This document shows, one piece after another, positions 25,701 to 37,440 of a stretch of DNA of 64,000 nucleotides. How positions within the stretch are numbered: position 1 is the stretch's first letter; the number at the start of each line of letters is the position of its first letter. The notes beneath the pieces are model-generated. The model saw only the letters and a list, made by a program, of their open reading frames with translations. It was not told the DNA's origin and ran no database searches. Origin of the DNA: Calcarisporiella thermophila CBS 279.70 (taxonomy: Eukaryota > Fungi > Calcarisporiellomycota); NCBI RefSeq assembly GCF_041956535.1, contig NW_027192205.1, positions 434,085 to 498,084 of the forward strand, given 5' to 3'. The translations under genes were made by a program, and so were the position numbers.

Positions 25701-26004
25701 CGCATACTACGTCGAGGCGAAGCGAGGCGTGGTGACGACGGAAGCCTACATCCCGCCCTGGTTGGTCCTGCTCCTGATTGTGGTGGGGTGGAACGAGGCG
25801 GTCACCATTCTTTCTCGGCCCCCCCTTCTGTTTGCCGTGCTCGTGGCGATCTTCGTCGCCTACGTCCTCAATCTCCTTGGCGTACTTGGCGCGGTCGAAT
25901 GGCAGCTGCAACGATGCGTGGCACACCTTACCTCCGGGCTCATAGGCGGGAGGATAGAGGAGGTGGAGCTACGCGAGATGCAGAATAAAACAAAGACCAT
26001 GTAA
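22760..26004 (+). CDS. SEY1: Sey1/RHD3 dynamin-like ER-fusion GTPase (multi-exon)
   Basis: [84 protein letters not shown] hairpin. Confidence 0.95.
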
Positions 26005-27369
26005 GCTCGTTCGCCAGGCGAGGCCGGTTTTTTTTTTGGTCGCTAAAACTTCACGTTTCTTCTTGGTTCTGCGAGGATGACCATCCTTATTTCATCATGT
26101 TTTAATTTTCATATCTTTACCCTGTTCCATTTTTTGTTATCGCTATTTTATCATGTAATATTGTTTTTAACTCATTTCACTAGGCTATTTAGGAAATTAC
26201 CCTGAAAAAGTTTAGAAATCTTTTTTTGATTTTGTACACTCTTAAAATTCATCTCTCCCTATGTTTTATCTCCATTGCCTTGTCCTCTCTTTCATAATTG
26301 CTTGGGTATGGATCATTTTCCTATATTTGCAACAGCTCACGGCTGCTTTGAACCCCTTCTCTTCTCTTGTCCAATGCAAAACGCTCTGTCGCGTCCCACC
26401 TGGTTCTCACCCCCACTTTTTCTGACTGCTCCTCCCTATGGTCGTATTTGGAAGCATGCAAATCGGTTTGATTCATGAGAAAATTGTTTTTTATGGCTAT
26501 TGATCGAAGCAGAAAGATGTTGGGGAAAGGGAGAAAAAAAAAGTGCTAGTGCACCACCTATTCTGGCAAAAAAGGCCATGGATTGCACTGGTCTTGCCCC
26601 ATTTTTTCTTCCTCCCTTCTCCCTCGCCTCCTTCCCTAGAGAGCCTCCCCCACAGATGTCAGGTGACCAGTTCTCGTCTTAAACACCTGAATCCCACTGC
26701 TCCTGGTGACGTAGGCACGAGGCTACGCCATCCAGCTCTATTTTAGGTTAGGCGGGGCGAGCAAACTGGGAGGAAGCGAACCAAGGAAGAACGTCGGAAC
26801 CTGATAAACGCTTAAAAGGAGAGAGGAGCGGAGTGGGCGAGCGTGGGGGGAAAACGCCGGGGGATTAGCTTCAGAGTTGAGTGCTTTGAAGGGACCATGG
26901 GAAAGCACCAGAGCCCGCAAATGGAGAAGGTTTGGTGAAGAGGGCTGCACCATTCACGGGCGTCAGCGGTGGGGAGTGTTGGGGGGCGGGCAAAGGCCTG
27001 CCTGAATTCCCCCGCAGCCTATTGCTATATTCAAAAGTCACCTGGCAGCCCACGGTTGCTTAACAAAGAAAGGCCAATGGGCAGTATAAAAACTTGGCCA
27101 ATTTCCTAGTTTGCGAGCCGGCCGAGACTCGCTTTCAAATCTTGCCAAACCTGCCTCCCTCTCTTGGGTTTGTTTTGGTCGCTGACAGATTGGGGCGAGC
27201 CTCCCCCCCAAGCTCCGCACGAATTCTGCTTCGTTACTCTTTTTTAGAATCCAATTTTTTTTTTTCATTTATTTTCTTCTGGTTTAACCCAGCCCGCTGT
27301 GATTTTTCCATTGTTGTTTTTTTTTTCGGCCATTTTCCCCTCTCTCATCTGAAATCACGCCCATCCCCC

Positions 27370-28039
27370 ATGGTTGATGTGATAGCAACGGTAAGTAGGC
27401 TGGCCAGCGCCTGGTGGGCGGCGCCCGGCCGTGCCAATGCATTGGTTCCCACACCAGTTCGCCGCGAACTGATTGCACCCTTTTACTTGGCAGACTCATT
27501 CCCACACAAAGCGCCCGCACTCACGGCTAAAATCGCTGTCGCCGTACTCCGCACCCTCCTCGCCCACCAAGTTCGATGACTCCGACTGGCTGTTCAAGCT
27601 GCGGCGGGCCATGTCTGGCGACAGCTGGGAGGAGGAGTTCGGCGGCGAACATTTCCACGCCCATCTGCACCCAGAGGATGAGACGCTCGCCCCCTTCGAC
27701 CCAAATGCCCGCGCCCATTTCCAGGTGGGTGGGGAGGAGGAGGAGTCGGAGGAGGAGCAGGATGCCGTCGCCTTGAGCAAGGCGGGCAAGCCGGAGACAG
27801 GCGATGTGGGCGATGTCCTGCGGCTCTTTCCACGCCCGCTGTCGTTCTTGTTCTCCCTGCTCGCAGGCGCCGTCGCATGGACGGCAGACACCGTGTGCGA
27901 TGCCAACGAGGAGGTTCGCGATGCCCTGACGGATTTCATGGGGATGACGGACGAGGGCGAAGGGCAACGAGCCGACGGAGAGGAGCAGAATCCTCTCACT
28001 GGGATAGTGTATGAATATGTGGATGCTCTTGGAAATTAA
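27370..28039 (+). CDS. Hypothetical acidic protein (2 exons: MVDVIAT, then 27494-28039)
   Basis: ATG followed by a GTAAGT donor and a TTGGCAG acceptor in frame with a long ORF showing strong C/G third-position codon bias. Confidence 0.65.
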
Positions 28040-28837
28040 ATGCATTTCCCCCCCATTGGCTTTTTATCTTTCCGTTTTCGCATTTGTGGTCATTCGATGT
28101 TGAATATGGTTCAAGCTCTCTTGTCTTTTTTACTTCTGTTCCTGTTGCTTTTTTTTTGTTTTTGCCCTTCAAGTAAATATTGGGTATTTTAGTTCTCTTA
28201 TATAGGCTTTTATTTTTACTATGATACATAGATATAACTGTATAATGGTAACTCTGAGTTTGGCTACCGCCCAAGTGTTCTGCTCTACACTTTCCTCTGT
28301 TCCACGAACTTGCCATCGCCCCGTCCAAGTGAAAGAGGGGGGGGTTGAGTTGGATAGACCTCGTTGAGTTGAGTAGACGCCTGATGTCGCATCCCTCCGG
28401 ATATGGTGATAGAGCCTGAAATCCAAATAGCCGGCTCGACCTGTTTTAGAAGGTCAAGCTTCTTCAAGCCGGGCCAGAAAGTCGTGAAGGAAAGGGGGGA
28501 GGGCTTTGGATGCATGGTAGAACACTTGGTTATGCATTCTAGGTTTGGACTCTTTCCATAAATATGTCCCACCGCATTCCGCCATGAAAGCTTTCAAACA
28601 GTTTCAGACACTTGGATTTAAAGTGACTTCTCGCCAATCCAAGCCATGCCTAGAGATCCCTTTTCTCCGCGAGGGGACATGATTCGTAGCTCTGTTACGT
28701 CACCCCTGCGCCGCTTGCGCGCAGGCAAAATTTTCAAATCAACAAACCAACCTTTCCCTCCTTCCTGATCAAACCCACCCACTTTTCCCGGTTTCCCACC
28801 TAGGCGAATTCTTACCCATTAAAAACACAGGCCAAAG

Positions 28838-29453
28838 ATGCCGAAGAACAAAGGCAAAGTAAGTGAGATTTCCGCATGCCGCCGTGTTGATCGAAATGAA
28901 TTGGAGCCCCTTTGACTAATGGGTCCTTCGCCCGCCCGCCCTTCACTTGGCCTTGCTTCTTTTCTCGGTAGGGAGGTAAAAACAGAAGAAGAGGGAAGAA
29001 TGAGAACGAAGACAACAAGCGTGAGCTGATTTTCAAGGAGGATGGTCAAGGTAAGCTTTACACGCTTCTTACGCGGTCAACCATCCCACTCGCTTCCGCT
29101 GGCATGGCGACTAATGCGCTTCTTCCATGATCTGCGTAGAATACGCCCAAGTCGTCAAGATGTTGGGGAATGGCCGTCTGGAGGCCATGTGCTTCGACGG
29201 TGAGAAGCGCCTCGCACATATCCGTGGCAAGCTGCGCAAGAAGGTATGGATCAACCAAGGCGACATCATCCTCATCTCCCTCCGTGATTTCCAGGACGAC
29301 AAGGCCGATGTGCTGCTCAAATACTCCGCCGACGAGGCACGCAGCTTGAAGTCGTATGGTGAGCTTCCCGAGAATGCCAAGATCAACGAGACGGATACGT
29401 TTGGCCCAGAGGACGAGGAGTGCAACTTCGAGTTCGATATCGATGAGATCTAG
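28838..29453 (+). CDS. TIF11: Translation initiation factor eIF1A (3 exons)
   Basis: [17 protein letters not shown]...[21 protein letters not shown]...[17 protein letters not shown]...DIDEI. Confidence 0.98.
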
Positions 29454-30266
29454 ACGACTTCTGAGGGTTTCTGTTTTTAATCTTCACTCTTATTTCTACG
29501 CAATCTCCTCTCCCTCCCTCTCGCTTTCTTCTTCTCTGTTGGATTTCTCTTTTTTTTTCCACTCTTGTTGGCTCATCTATTTTTTTTTATCTCTTTCTCT
29601 CTGGGAACAGTATAGGCATTTGGCTCAATAATATTGAGTGCTTTTTTTTTTTTAAAAAAAATACTTGGCGGGAAAGAAGTAAAGGAAAGAGACTTTGTAA
29701 TATTTACTTACCCTTTCGCTTCTTTTCCGTGAATTCTTGTCTATTCTCCATTTTGTTTTCTCTACTCGATTGGGTCGGCCTCTTTAATAAAAAGATCGGG
29801 AAGGAAAGCCCGGAGGGGCCTACTTCCCCTGGTGAAATAGAGTAGCTTGGGTAGACGCCCGATTGGCAAGCATGTCACCAAAGAAGTCAGTGCCACCTCA
29901 ACTTGGGCCAGCTTTGAGTCGGAAGTATTGTTTTATTCATTCTTTTGGGAGTATGATCCAATATATAAGTTAAGCGAGAGGGAAATGGTACAGGGTAAAA
30001 AAAAAAAGGGGGGGGGGGGAGAATATGCCCAGCATATTTCCCTTTTTTTTGTCTGATCTGATCTAAATACAAACGATGTTTTACACTAAATCATCCATGG
30101 AGAAGGGTGAAGCTGCTATGCGGATGTAGAGAAGAGGGGTGGAGGAGTGATCATGAACAAGGGAAGGTGGAAGGGAGGGAGGGGTATATACAGACAGATA
30201 TGGATAGCTACACAGAGGTTGACTTTTGGGGACTAAGTACAGAGGGGTTTGGTTGTTTCCGGTCCT

Positions 30267-30830
30267 TTACGCCCATTGCCAGGAGATGGGCACTCGGCCT
30301 TGGGCCTGGTCAGCAATCTTCTGGAAAGCGGCGGGGCTCAGGTCCAGATCGCCGTGGGCGCATCCGGGGCACTTGTCCACCACGGTCACGGTCACCTTGC
30401 CCTTGGGGCCGGACACCTCGACCTTTTTGCCGCACGAAGGGGCGCCATTGTTGCCGCTGCCGAACTGGGGCGCGTTGAGGGCAGCCACCATGTCGCTGTT
30501 CGAGTTGGTGGAGCCACAGGCGCCGAGGCCGACGTCGTAGAAGGTGCCGTCGCCCTTAAAGGCGGAGAGAGTCTCGCCCACAGGGCCTTTGCCGTCGGTG
30601 CTGGCGGCGGCGGGGGTATCGGGAGCGGTTGGGTTCGTATCATTGTTGGTGGCCTTGGCGAAGGCGAGGGGGGAGTGCGCGTTGGGGTCGGGGGTGGCCT
30701 CGCGGATGGCGTGCACGGCCTGGTGGATCATGCTGGAGAGGTCGGCGGGAGCCTCCTGGCGCTTCTGGACGGGGGCGGAGAGGGCGAGGGTGGAGAGGAG
30801 GGCGGTGACGATCAAGGTCTTGAAGTACAT
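30267..30830 (-). CDS. Secreted RlpA-like double-psi beta-barrel (expansin-related/loosenin-like) protein
   Basis: Signal peptide MYFKTLIVTALLSTLALSA, KR|Q site, GDGTFYDVGLGACG...CGKKV...VVDKCPGCAHGDLDLSPAAF. Confidence 0.9.
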   Translation of the reverse strand: MYFKTLIVTALLSTLALSAPVQKRQEAPADLSSMIHQAVHAIREATPDPNAHSPLAFAKATNNDTNPTAPDTPAAASTDGKGPVGETLSAFKGDGTFYDVGLGACGSTNSNSDMVAALNAPQFGSGNNGAPSCGKKVEVSGPKGKVTVTVVDKCPGCAHGDLDLSPAAFQKIADQAQGRVPISWQWA

Positions 30831-30972
30831 GCTGCAGAGGTAATGACAGGCGAGATGGGTTAGGCGTAGAGTGAGAGGAAAGGGGAGCCGATCAACGGTG
30901 GGTGTGGTATGCGAAGCGAGGGCGGCTGTGGAGAGGGGTGGGCGGTTGGAGTGCCGCCGGGAGCCCGCGACC

Positions 30973-30979
30973 TTATATA
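30973..30979 (-). promoter_or_regulatory. Putative TATA box of the RlpA-like gene
   Basis: TATATAA on the minus strand about 145 nt upstream of the ATG. Confidence 0.5.
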
Positions 30980-32320
30980 GCCCGTCGGCATGGCCTGGCT
31001 GCGTTTCAATCGCCGAAGTTACCCCTGATCGCAAGCCGGCCCTGGGTACCTTCCCGCTGGCCCGCCAGCCACCAGTCAGCGACGACTTGCGCTTGCTTCT
31101 TTTCTCGAGCGGCTGAGAGGGAAAACGAATATCCCCCGTCGGCCTTGTCGAGCACCGCGGGCTGTAACGAATGAAAAGTTTTCCATTTCAAAATCGGATC
31201 AACTTCGAGTACCCGCTCGGCGAACCGGATTGGAGGGGGGCAGAGCCGAAGTTACCGGGACGGGGTGCGAGAAATCAAGGCCCGCCCTCGAAGCAAATGA
31301 GAGCGATTTCCGTCAAATCTCTCCAATGCTCTGGATCTGGATCGAGCGATTGTTGGTCGTTGGCCCGGTTTTGCGTTGAGTTATTGGCGGAGAGGCCGGG
31401 ACTGGAGAGTGGGTGAACCAAGAGAGGCCCCTGGCCCTCCTCCCCGGCCCCGCTCCCACTCGCACTCCCACTCGCACTCCAGCTGTGCTCCCCCAGCCTT
31501 GGCTTTTTGGTGCAATTTCCTCGCCTGGGCCTTTCCCCCTGGGTCCCCTCCCCCCGCCTAAGACCTCCATTTTTCTATCCAAAGAGCAGGCCGGCTCGCT
31601 CCGTCAAAACCAAGTTTCACTCGGTGGAGCTCGGCGACTGATAAGCCAGGAAATGTTGAAAACCGGTTTCCTTCAAAGCGAAAAGCCCGGGCTCCTCTCC
31701 AGTAGCGAGTAGACGGCCCCCGTCATTTATTTTTATCTTTCATTTCTGCCTGCCCTTTGACTGGGGATCAGGCCTGAGGGGAGAGGCTACGTGGAGGCCT
31801 GAGGACTTATCAAAGCCAAATCTCTCGGCCTCCAGCGGCCGGGCAAGCAGGAGCTCGAAAATAGAGACTGGGACCCTGCCCCTGGTTATGGAAGGGGGGA
31901 ATTTTGCCCCCCTGCTCATTGGGCGGAAGGATCAAGTCCACTTGGACTTGAACCGAATCTCCCAGCTCGATTCAACAACCATATGAAAATCCAACCACGC
32001 TGTTTCGAGTGGGGAGGGGGGAGCCGAGGGCTTTTCCACTCGCTCACTCGCCCATGCATTTCCCCTTATTCATTTACACTTTCCGCTGCTTGAGACCAAC
32101 AAATAGGAGGGTACACAACAATGAAATGATTTGCATTTGAAAAAATAAACAGTTTGGCCTCGCTTCCCTTCCCCTTCCCCCAAGCATTGGAATTAGGAAT
32201 GGAAGGGGACCGCTTTGGGGGTCGCCACAAGCGGGTCGAGTGTCAATAAATTGAAATGGAAACAAAATTATCATCGGCAGTACCGCCGGAGAGGCCCCGA
32301 GAAGCCCCCCTCTAACCAAT

Positions 32321-33683
32321 TCATTTTCTCCGCCCTTCTTTGTCGCGGTGGGAGGCATTGGTAGTCGGGCTGGGCGACCGTCGGTGCCGCTTATGCTTTC
32401 AAGGGGCAGGGTGTTTAGAGGGTGGTCAGGAAGGAGACGCAATAACAGAGCATTTACCTTGTGCTTGTCCTTGTCCTTGTCCTTGTCCTTGTGGGAATGC
32501 CGACGCATCACCTCCAGAGCATCTCCGATATCTTTTTCACGGGCCGAGCGTGACGGGGATCGCGATCGGCCACGCTCCCCTTCCCTGTCTCTCCGCCTGT
32601 CCCGCTCTTTATCCTGCTCTCGTTCCGACTCCCGATCTCTCCTCCTCTCCTTGTCTCTGTCCCGGTCCTTGTCCTTGTCCTTCTTCTTCCTCTTCCTCTT
32701 CTTTCCCTCTCCCTCCCCAGCATCCGCCGCCCAGTCCAGATCGTCCACCTCAGGGAGCAGCTCATAATTCTTTTGGTCCCCCGCTTTCTCTGCGTTGAAG
32801 CACTCCGTAGCCTACGCGAACAACGAGACGTGTAAAATCGTACAAAGGCCCATGACCAATGCGTAATAAAAATCAAGCAGTATCATACCAAGTGGCCTCG
32901 CACTCCGCATTTGGGGCAGACGGTGTTTTGAAGCGCGCTCGAGATATCAATTGGGGCACGCTCCCAGCTGCCATCCGACGCGTTGCGACGGTTCTCTTGG
33001 GACATCTTGACATTGTTAGGATCTGTGAATAGATATCAGCAGGTGGTAGAAAACCAGGTTAAAAGACGCGTACTATTGAATATGAAAAAGGAAAAAGACA
33101 TCACCTAAATCTTCTCCGCGCCCTAAAGAACCAGAGGGGTAGAAGAGCAAGTTAGAGTTAGTTAGTAAACCCTTAGAGTAGGCTTGGCTCTATAGGCAGA
33201 CTAGACCTTGCCCAACGTGCTTCATGGAAAGCCCAATCTTGGTCCTGCCGCCCTCCTCTCTAACCTCCACCACTTTCACCCACACAAAATCCCCCTCCTC
33301 TACCACATCCGACCTATCAAAATCGCGTCGGCCAAAATGAACTATATTTAGGACGGGTAGGATGAGATCAAATTAACCAGCTTACACATTCTCTGTAAAA
33401 TGCCTCGAGAGCTGGGACTTATGCACGAGGCCCTGACAGGAAAAGCCCTTGATCTCGATAAAGGCGCCATAATCCTGGACCTTGGCCACCTTTAATTTTG
33501 CTTGATGTGAGCATAAAATAAGAGAAGGAGACGGCGAGCTGAGGAATGGGCTACCTTTCCTTGGTGAATGCTGTAGAGATCAGGTACGGCATCGCGGGAT
33601 CTTCGGCGATCGTCTCGGTTAGAACGTCCGTGATCATAAGATCCCCTTCGATCGCGATCTCTTTCGGTATAACGCGAATCCAT
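32321..33683 (-). CDS. S1 RNA-binding + CCHC zinc-knuckle protein with an RD/K-rich tail (ZCCHC17/pNO40-like)
   Basis: LYSIHQGKVAKVQDYGAFIEI...QGLVHKSQLS...VWVKV...KIGLSMKHVGQGRGEDLDPNN, knuckle CPKCGVRGHLATEC, then YELLP. Confidence 0.82.
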
Positions 33684-33790
33684 GGTACCGAAATGGCGAA
33701 GAATACTCTTCGAGGTTGAAACCCTAAAATTTGTATTGCCGCTCCGAATTTCTATTTGGTTACCATTTTTTCCTTTTCTTCCTATGGACC

Positions 33791-34854
33791 ATGTCCACAC
33801 CGATTCTTCAACATTTTGAGGGTAGCCCATAGTGCTGATGCCGTGTTTTGATTCCGTTTCTGACCATGTTTGTTTCTCCCGCCCATTCTTTTAGATCCTG
33901 AGCCCTCAAGTCGCAAAAAATACCGCGCCCCCCGCAAGCCTACGGCCGTCACCGTCTACACGGTGAACCGTGAGTCCCGGCACCTACTGGTGTCCAATGT
34001 GGCTGCCCTCCAGCTCTCTTCCGAACTCATAGCTCTCTTCGCACAGTATGGCGACATTGAAGAGTGGGTGACATCATGTCCTTTTTCATTTCGTATAGAA
34101 ATTAGCTTGAAACCGTCGTGCTTCTTTTTCTTGGTATTACAGGTGGCAGAAGGTGGAGGACTATCCATGCGAGGAGTTCACGGAGGCCTTCTGGATCAAG
34201 TTTGTGTCCTTGTCTGCGGCGCGGCTGGCCAAGCGAAGACTGGACGACCGCTATTTCTTTAGCCGGCACCTTACGGTGAACTATGCACCCGAGTACGAGT
34301 CGGTGGAAGATGTGCGGGCGAAGCTGGAGGAGCGGCGAAAGGCCATTGCGGAAAGGACCACAAGGCGCACCGGCCAACGTGGGGGGCAAATGGGACAGGA
34401 GTCAGAGCCACGGGAAACAAGGTAGGATCAGTTTGTCAGCACTGGTTTATCTAGGGGGAATGGTATTCATTGGCATTTGCTTCATACTTTCTCTTTTTTT
34501 TTTTTTGCACCTTCTGCTTTTCCTTTGTCATGTGGGGGCGGCAGTCAACATCCTATGCCGGTGTCATCGGTAGCATGGTCACACGCTCACCATCCCACTT
34601 TCTCATACACCCCATTTCAAGAAACATGGGGGCCGGATGATTCAGAGGATCCCCTCGGGGCAACTACCCTCGCAATACGAGAGCAACTGCGCAGCTTCGG
34701 GAGCTCAGCCTCTGTAATGAGACCTGGTCTACCAGCACAAGCACCAGCACAAGCACTAACAACAGCAACAGCACCTCCTTCTACTCATCTATCTACGGGT
34801 CTACCTCCCTCTTCTTCCGCGCCACCGCAGTTAAGAAAGCGGCGAAGGATTTAG
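33791..34854 (+). CDS. RBM48: RNA-binding protein 48 (RRM; U12/minor spliceosome factor)
   Basis: AVTVYTVNRESRHLLVSNV...LFAQYGDIEE...DYPCEEFTEAFWIKF...AARLAKRRLDDRYFF...LTVNYAPEYESVEDVRAKLEERR, C-terminal KRRRI. Confidence 0.9.
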
Positions 34855-35010
34855 ACGGGGGGTCAGGGGCCAGGTTCATAGTGTGTGAAATATATATTCC
34901 CACTTCCTACATCTTACAATCAAAACAATGGATAATTTATACAAAAATGAATACAAAAAGCGAAAGGGGAAAGGGCGGGGTGGGGTGAAGGGTGGCGGCG
35001 TGGGTTCGGA

Positions 35011-37440
35011 CTAGTGAGATGTTTCGTTTTTGTGAACCTGGATGAGAAACTGGATGCGTGCGCATATCTCATCTACCATGGAAGAAGATAGAGAAAAAAA
35101 AAACCGTTAGGCACTCTGAAGTGGGGAGCCCACGTCAAGGGTCCAAACATACGCGCTTCTTTAGCGGTCTCAACTTCCAATTCGTAGGCTTTAGTGTCAC
35201 GGTTCTTATAGACCATGAGCTTGAAGTTGGTTGGCACCTTCTTGCTCTGTTTGCAGGAGATCACCGAGCTAATATGGTAGGAGGACTGGAATGGCAATAC
35301 CATCCAAGATTAGTGGACCGTTCAGTACGGTTGTGGGATACGTCGGTATCATTTACCGTCTTGGTCTTATCGAATTTTTGCTCCGGCGGCATCAGATGAA
35401 TATATTCTCCGTCGATGGCCAGAACCCGTTCATGCCGTCCCATGCCCATGAGCACAGGAGTCTTGCGGTTGACCGTGTATTTCTATGGAACATGAAAAAA
35501 AAATAAAGTAAAATTTGGGCCCTGAATTCACGTTGTTTTCTTTTGAAAATGCAAGCATTACCTTGTAAGCTGTGGTATATTCGCTGGAGGTAACATATGA
35601 GAATCGAGAGGCCTCCTCTCGTTGCCTTCGTGACCCTAAAAAGACGGCGCGCATATATAAACAGCGTCAGTTCATGTGCATGAGCATTCCAAACCAAGCT
35701 AAGCAAAGGGTGTACTTACGGGCGGGGCTGACGTTCGACTTCTTCACCAGGCAGAGCTCTGAGACCCCGGGCGGGAGACTCTCCACGGTGCGGTCCAAGT
35801 CGACCAGCGCCCCCACGCCGCCCCCCACTCCCTCATTAATGAGCGCCAGCTCATACTCGTTAGGATCCAGTCGGCGCTTTCTGCAAATCAGTTCCAGCAC
35901 GTCTCCCAGAAACATGTCCAGGTACACGCTGATGGTGGTGGTGTGCGACACCTCGGTGTCCTCAGCAGTAAGGCGGATTTTAAGGAAGTGGGATGCGGGG
36001 TTGGTGGCGGTGTTTTTCGTGAGAGTATGCTTTTGCATCGGGACCGGTTTGACGTGGGTGGAGCCAGCGATGGCGGTAGAGGGTGCTGCGGAAGAGGAGG
36101 CCACGGCGGACTCGGGGGTGAATGCGATGTCCTCGGCCGACGGTTGCAACTGAGGGGGTTGGGTCTGGGGCGCGACGGAGGCAGAGCTGGCGCTGGGCTG
36201 GGCCGACCGCATGATCTCTTCGGGCTTGGGGGGCGGCCGCTTGTTCATCTGGATGTAGAGCTTCTCGTTGTGCTCGACCTGCTTGGGGGTTGCTTGCTGG
36301 AGAGCGAACTGATCGAACGAGAACATACGAATCTTCCTGGTTCTTTCCAGGGCTGCAAAGCGCATGGGGGAGAAGCCACGTCAACAGACCGGCACGGGCA
36401 CATCGTGGATAACGGATGGCTTACCTGGGAAATCCTCGTCAATCTCGCCGTCGTCCTCCGCGATCATCATATTCCACATGATCACGCTGCAGAGCGGCAG
36501 CTCCAGCGGCGGCTGCCGCTTCTCCTCCCAATACTGGAACAGCGTGTACCCGATCACCTCCTCCACGGTGGCATCTCGCTTCACCACCACAATCATCGGC
36601 TGCTTCTTCCCCATCGGGAGGTACATCTTAAGAGTCATCGGGTTCGGCTCACCCTTGCCGGCGAAAAAGCTGTACTCCTCGGCAAAGGGATTAGCAACGG
36701 CATTTTTGCGGGCAGCAATCATGGCGGAGAGGGCTGAAACTGCAACGGGTGGGCGGATGTCGATGGGGGCTGGGAGAACCATGGGTGAGGGGGGCACAAA
36801 AGGCATTGATGGGGTTGGAGTGGCAGATGTGACGGTGGGTGATGCGGGGCTCTCCATCGGACGCGTGAAGTTGATGTCATTGGCTGGGGCCGATGGAGAG
36901 AATGAATGAGAGTTGACATCGAGGTCACCAGTGGGTTTAGACGCGGATGTCACAAATACGGCAGGAGCTTGTGCAGGTTGATCTGAAGAACTCTTCAAGT
37001 CGAACGCATGCTGAGCTTTTGCGCTGGATAATCGATGATCATTTGGTGAGATCGTTCAAGAAGAAGGACATTAGCACAGGGTTTGAGCCGTGATATTGGA
37101 TTTTTATTTCGATTTCTTACCTAGCACTGGCATCGGTGTCCTCCATCTCATCTTCGCTCTCTATTTGGACCGAGGGCACCGTTAATAATGGCTTCCGCCG
37201 TAGGGCGCGTACCTTACTTGCGGATTTAGTCTCTGGCTGCTTCTTTTGCAGATACTCGGTGCTGATTACGGGGGATATACAGTAGGAGGTCTCGGGAAAG
37301 GGGGCTGCGGTTTTGATGTAGTCATTGGCCATAATGTTAGGCCCAAAGCTCATAATCTTGGCGCCAATGCGGTCATCGACGCGCAGGTATTTGACACGTA
37401 GCTGGTGAATTAGAAAGGCAGGATCTGTGATGAGTGACAT
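35011..37440 (-). CDS. SIN1: TORC2 subunit Sin1/Avo1 (CRIM, RBD and PH domains)
   Basis: MSLITDPAFLIHQLR, SALSAMI...NPFAEEY, ATVEEVIGYTL...IAEDDGEIDEDFPALER, MGRHERVLAIDGEYIHLMP, YELEVETAKEAQEICARI. Confidence 0.92.

Noticed and set aside
24451-25926. Long antisense ORFs over SEY1 (similar ones over the RlpA-like gene, SIN1 and the chitin synthases)
   Set aside because: Expected shadows of GC-biased codon usage on the sense strand, with no recognisable motifs
32456-32705. CTTGTC and related short tandem repeats
   Set aside because: Encode the DK/RD-rich tail of the S1/zinc-knuckle protein; not CRISPR or an independent element
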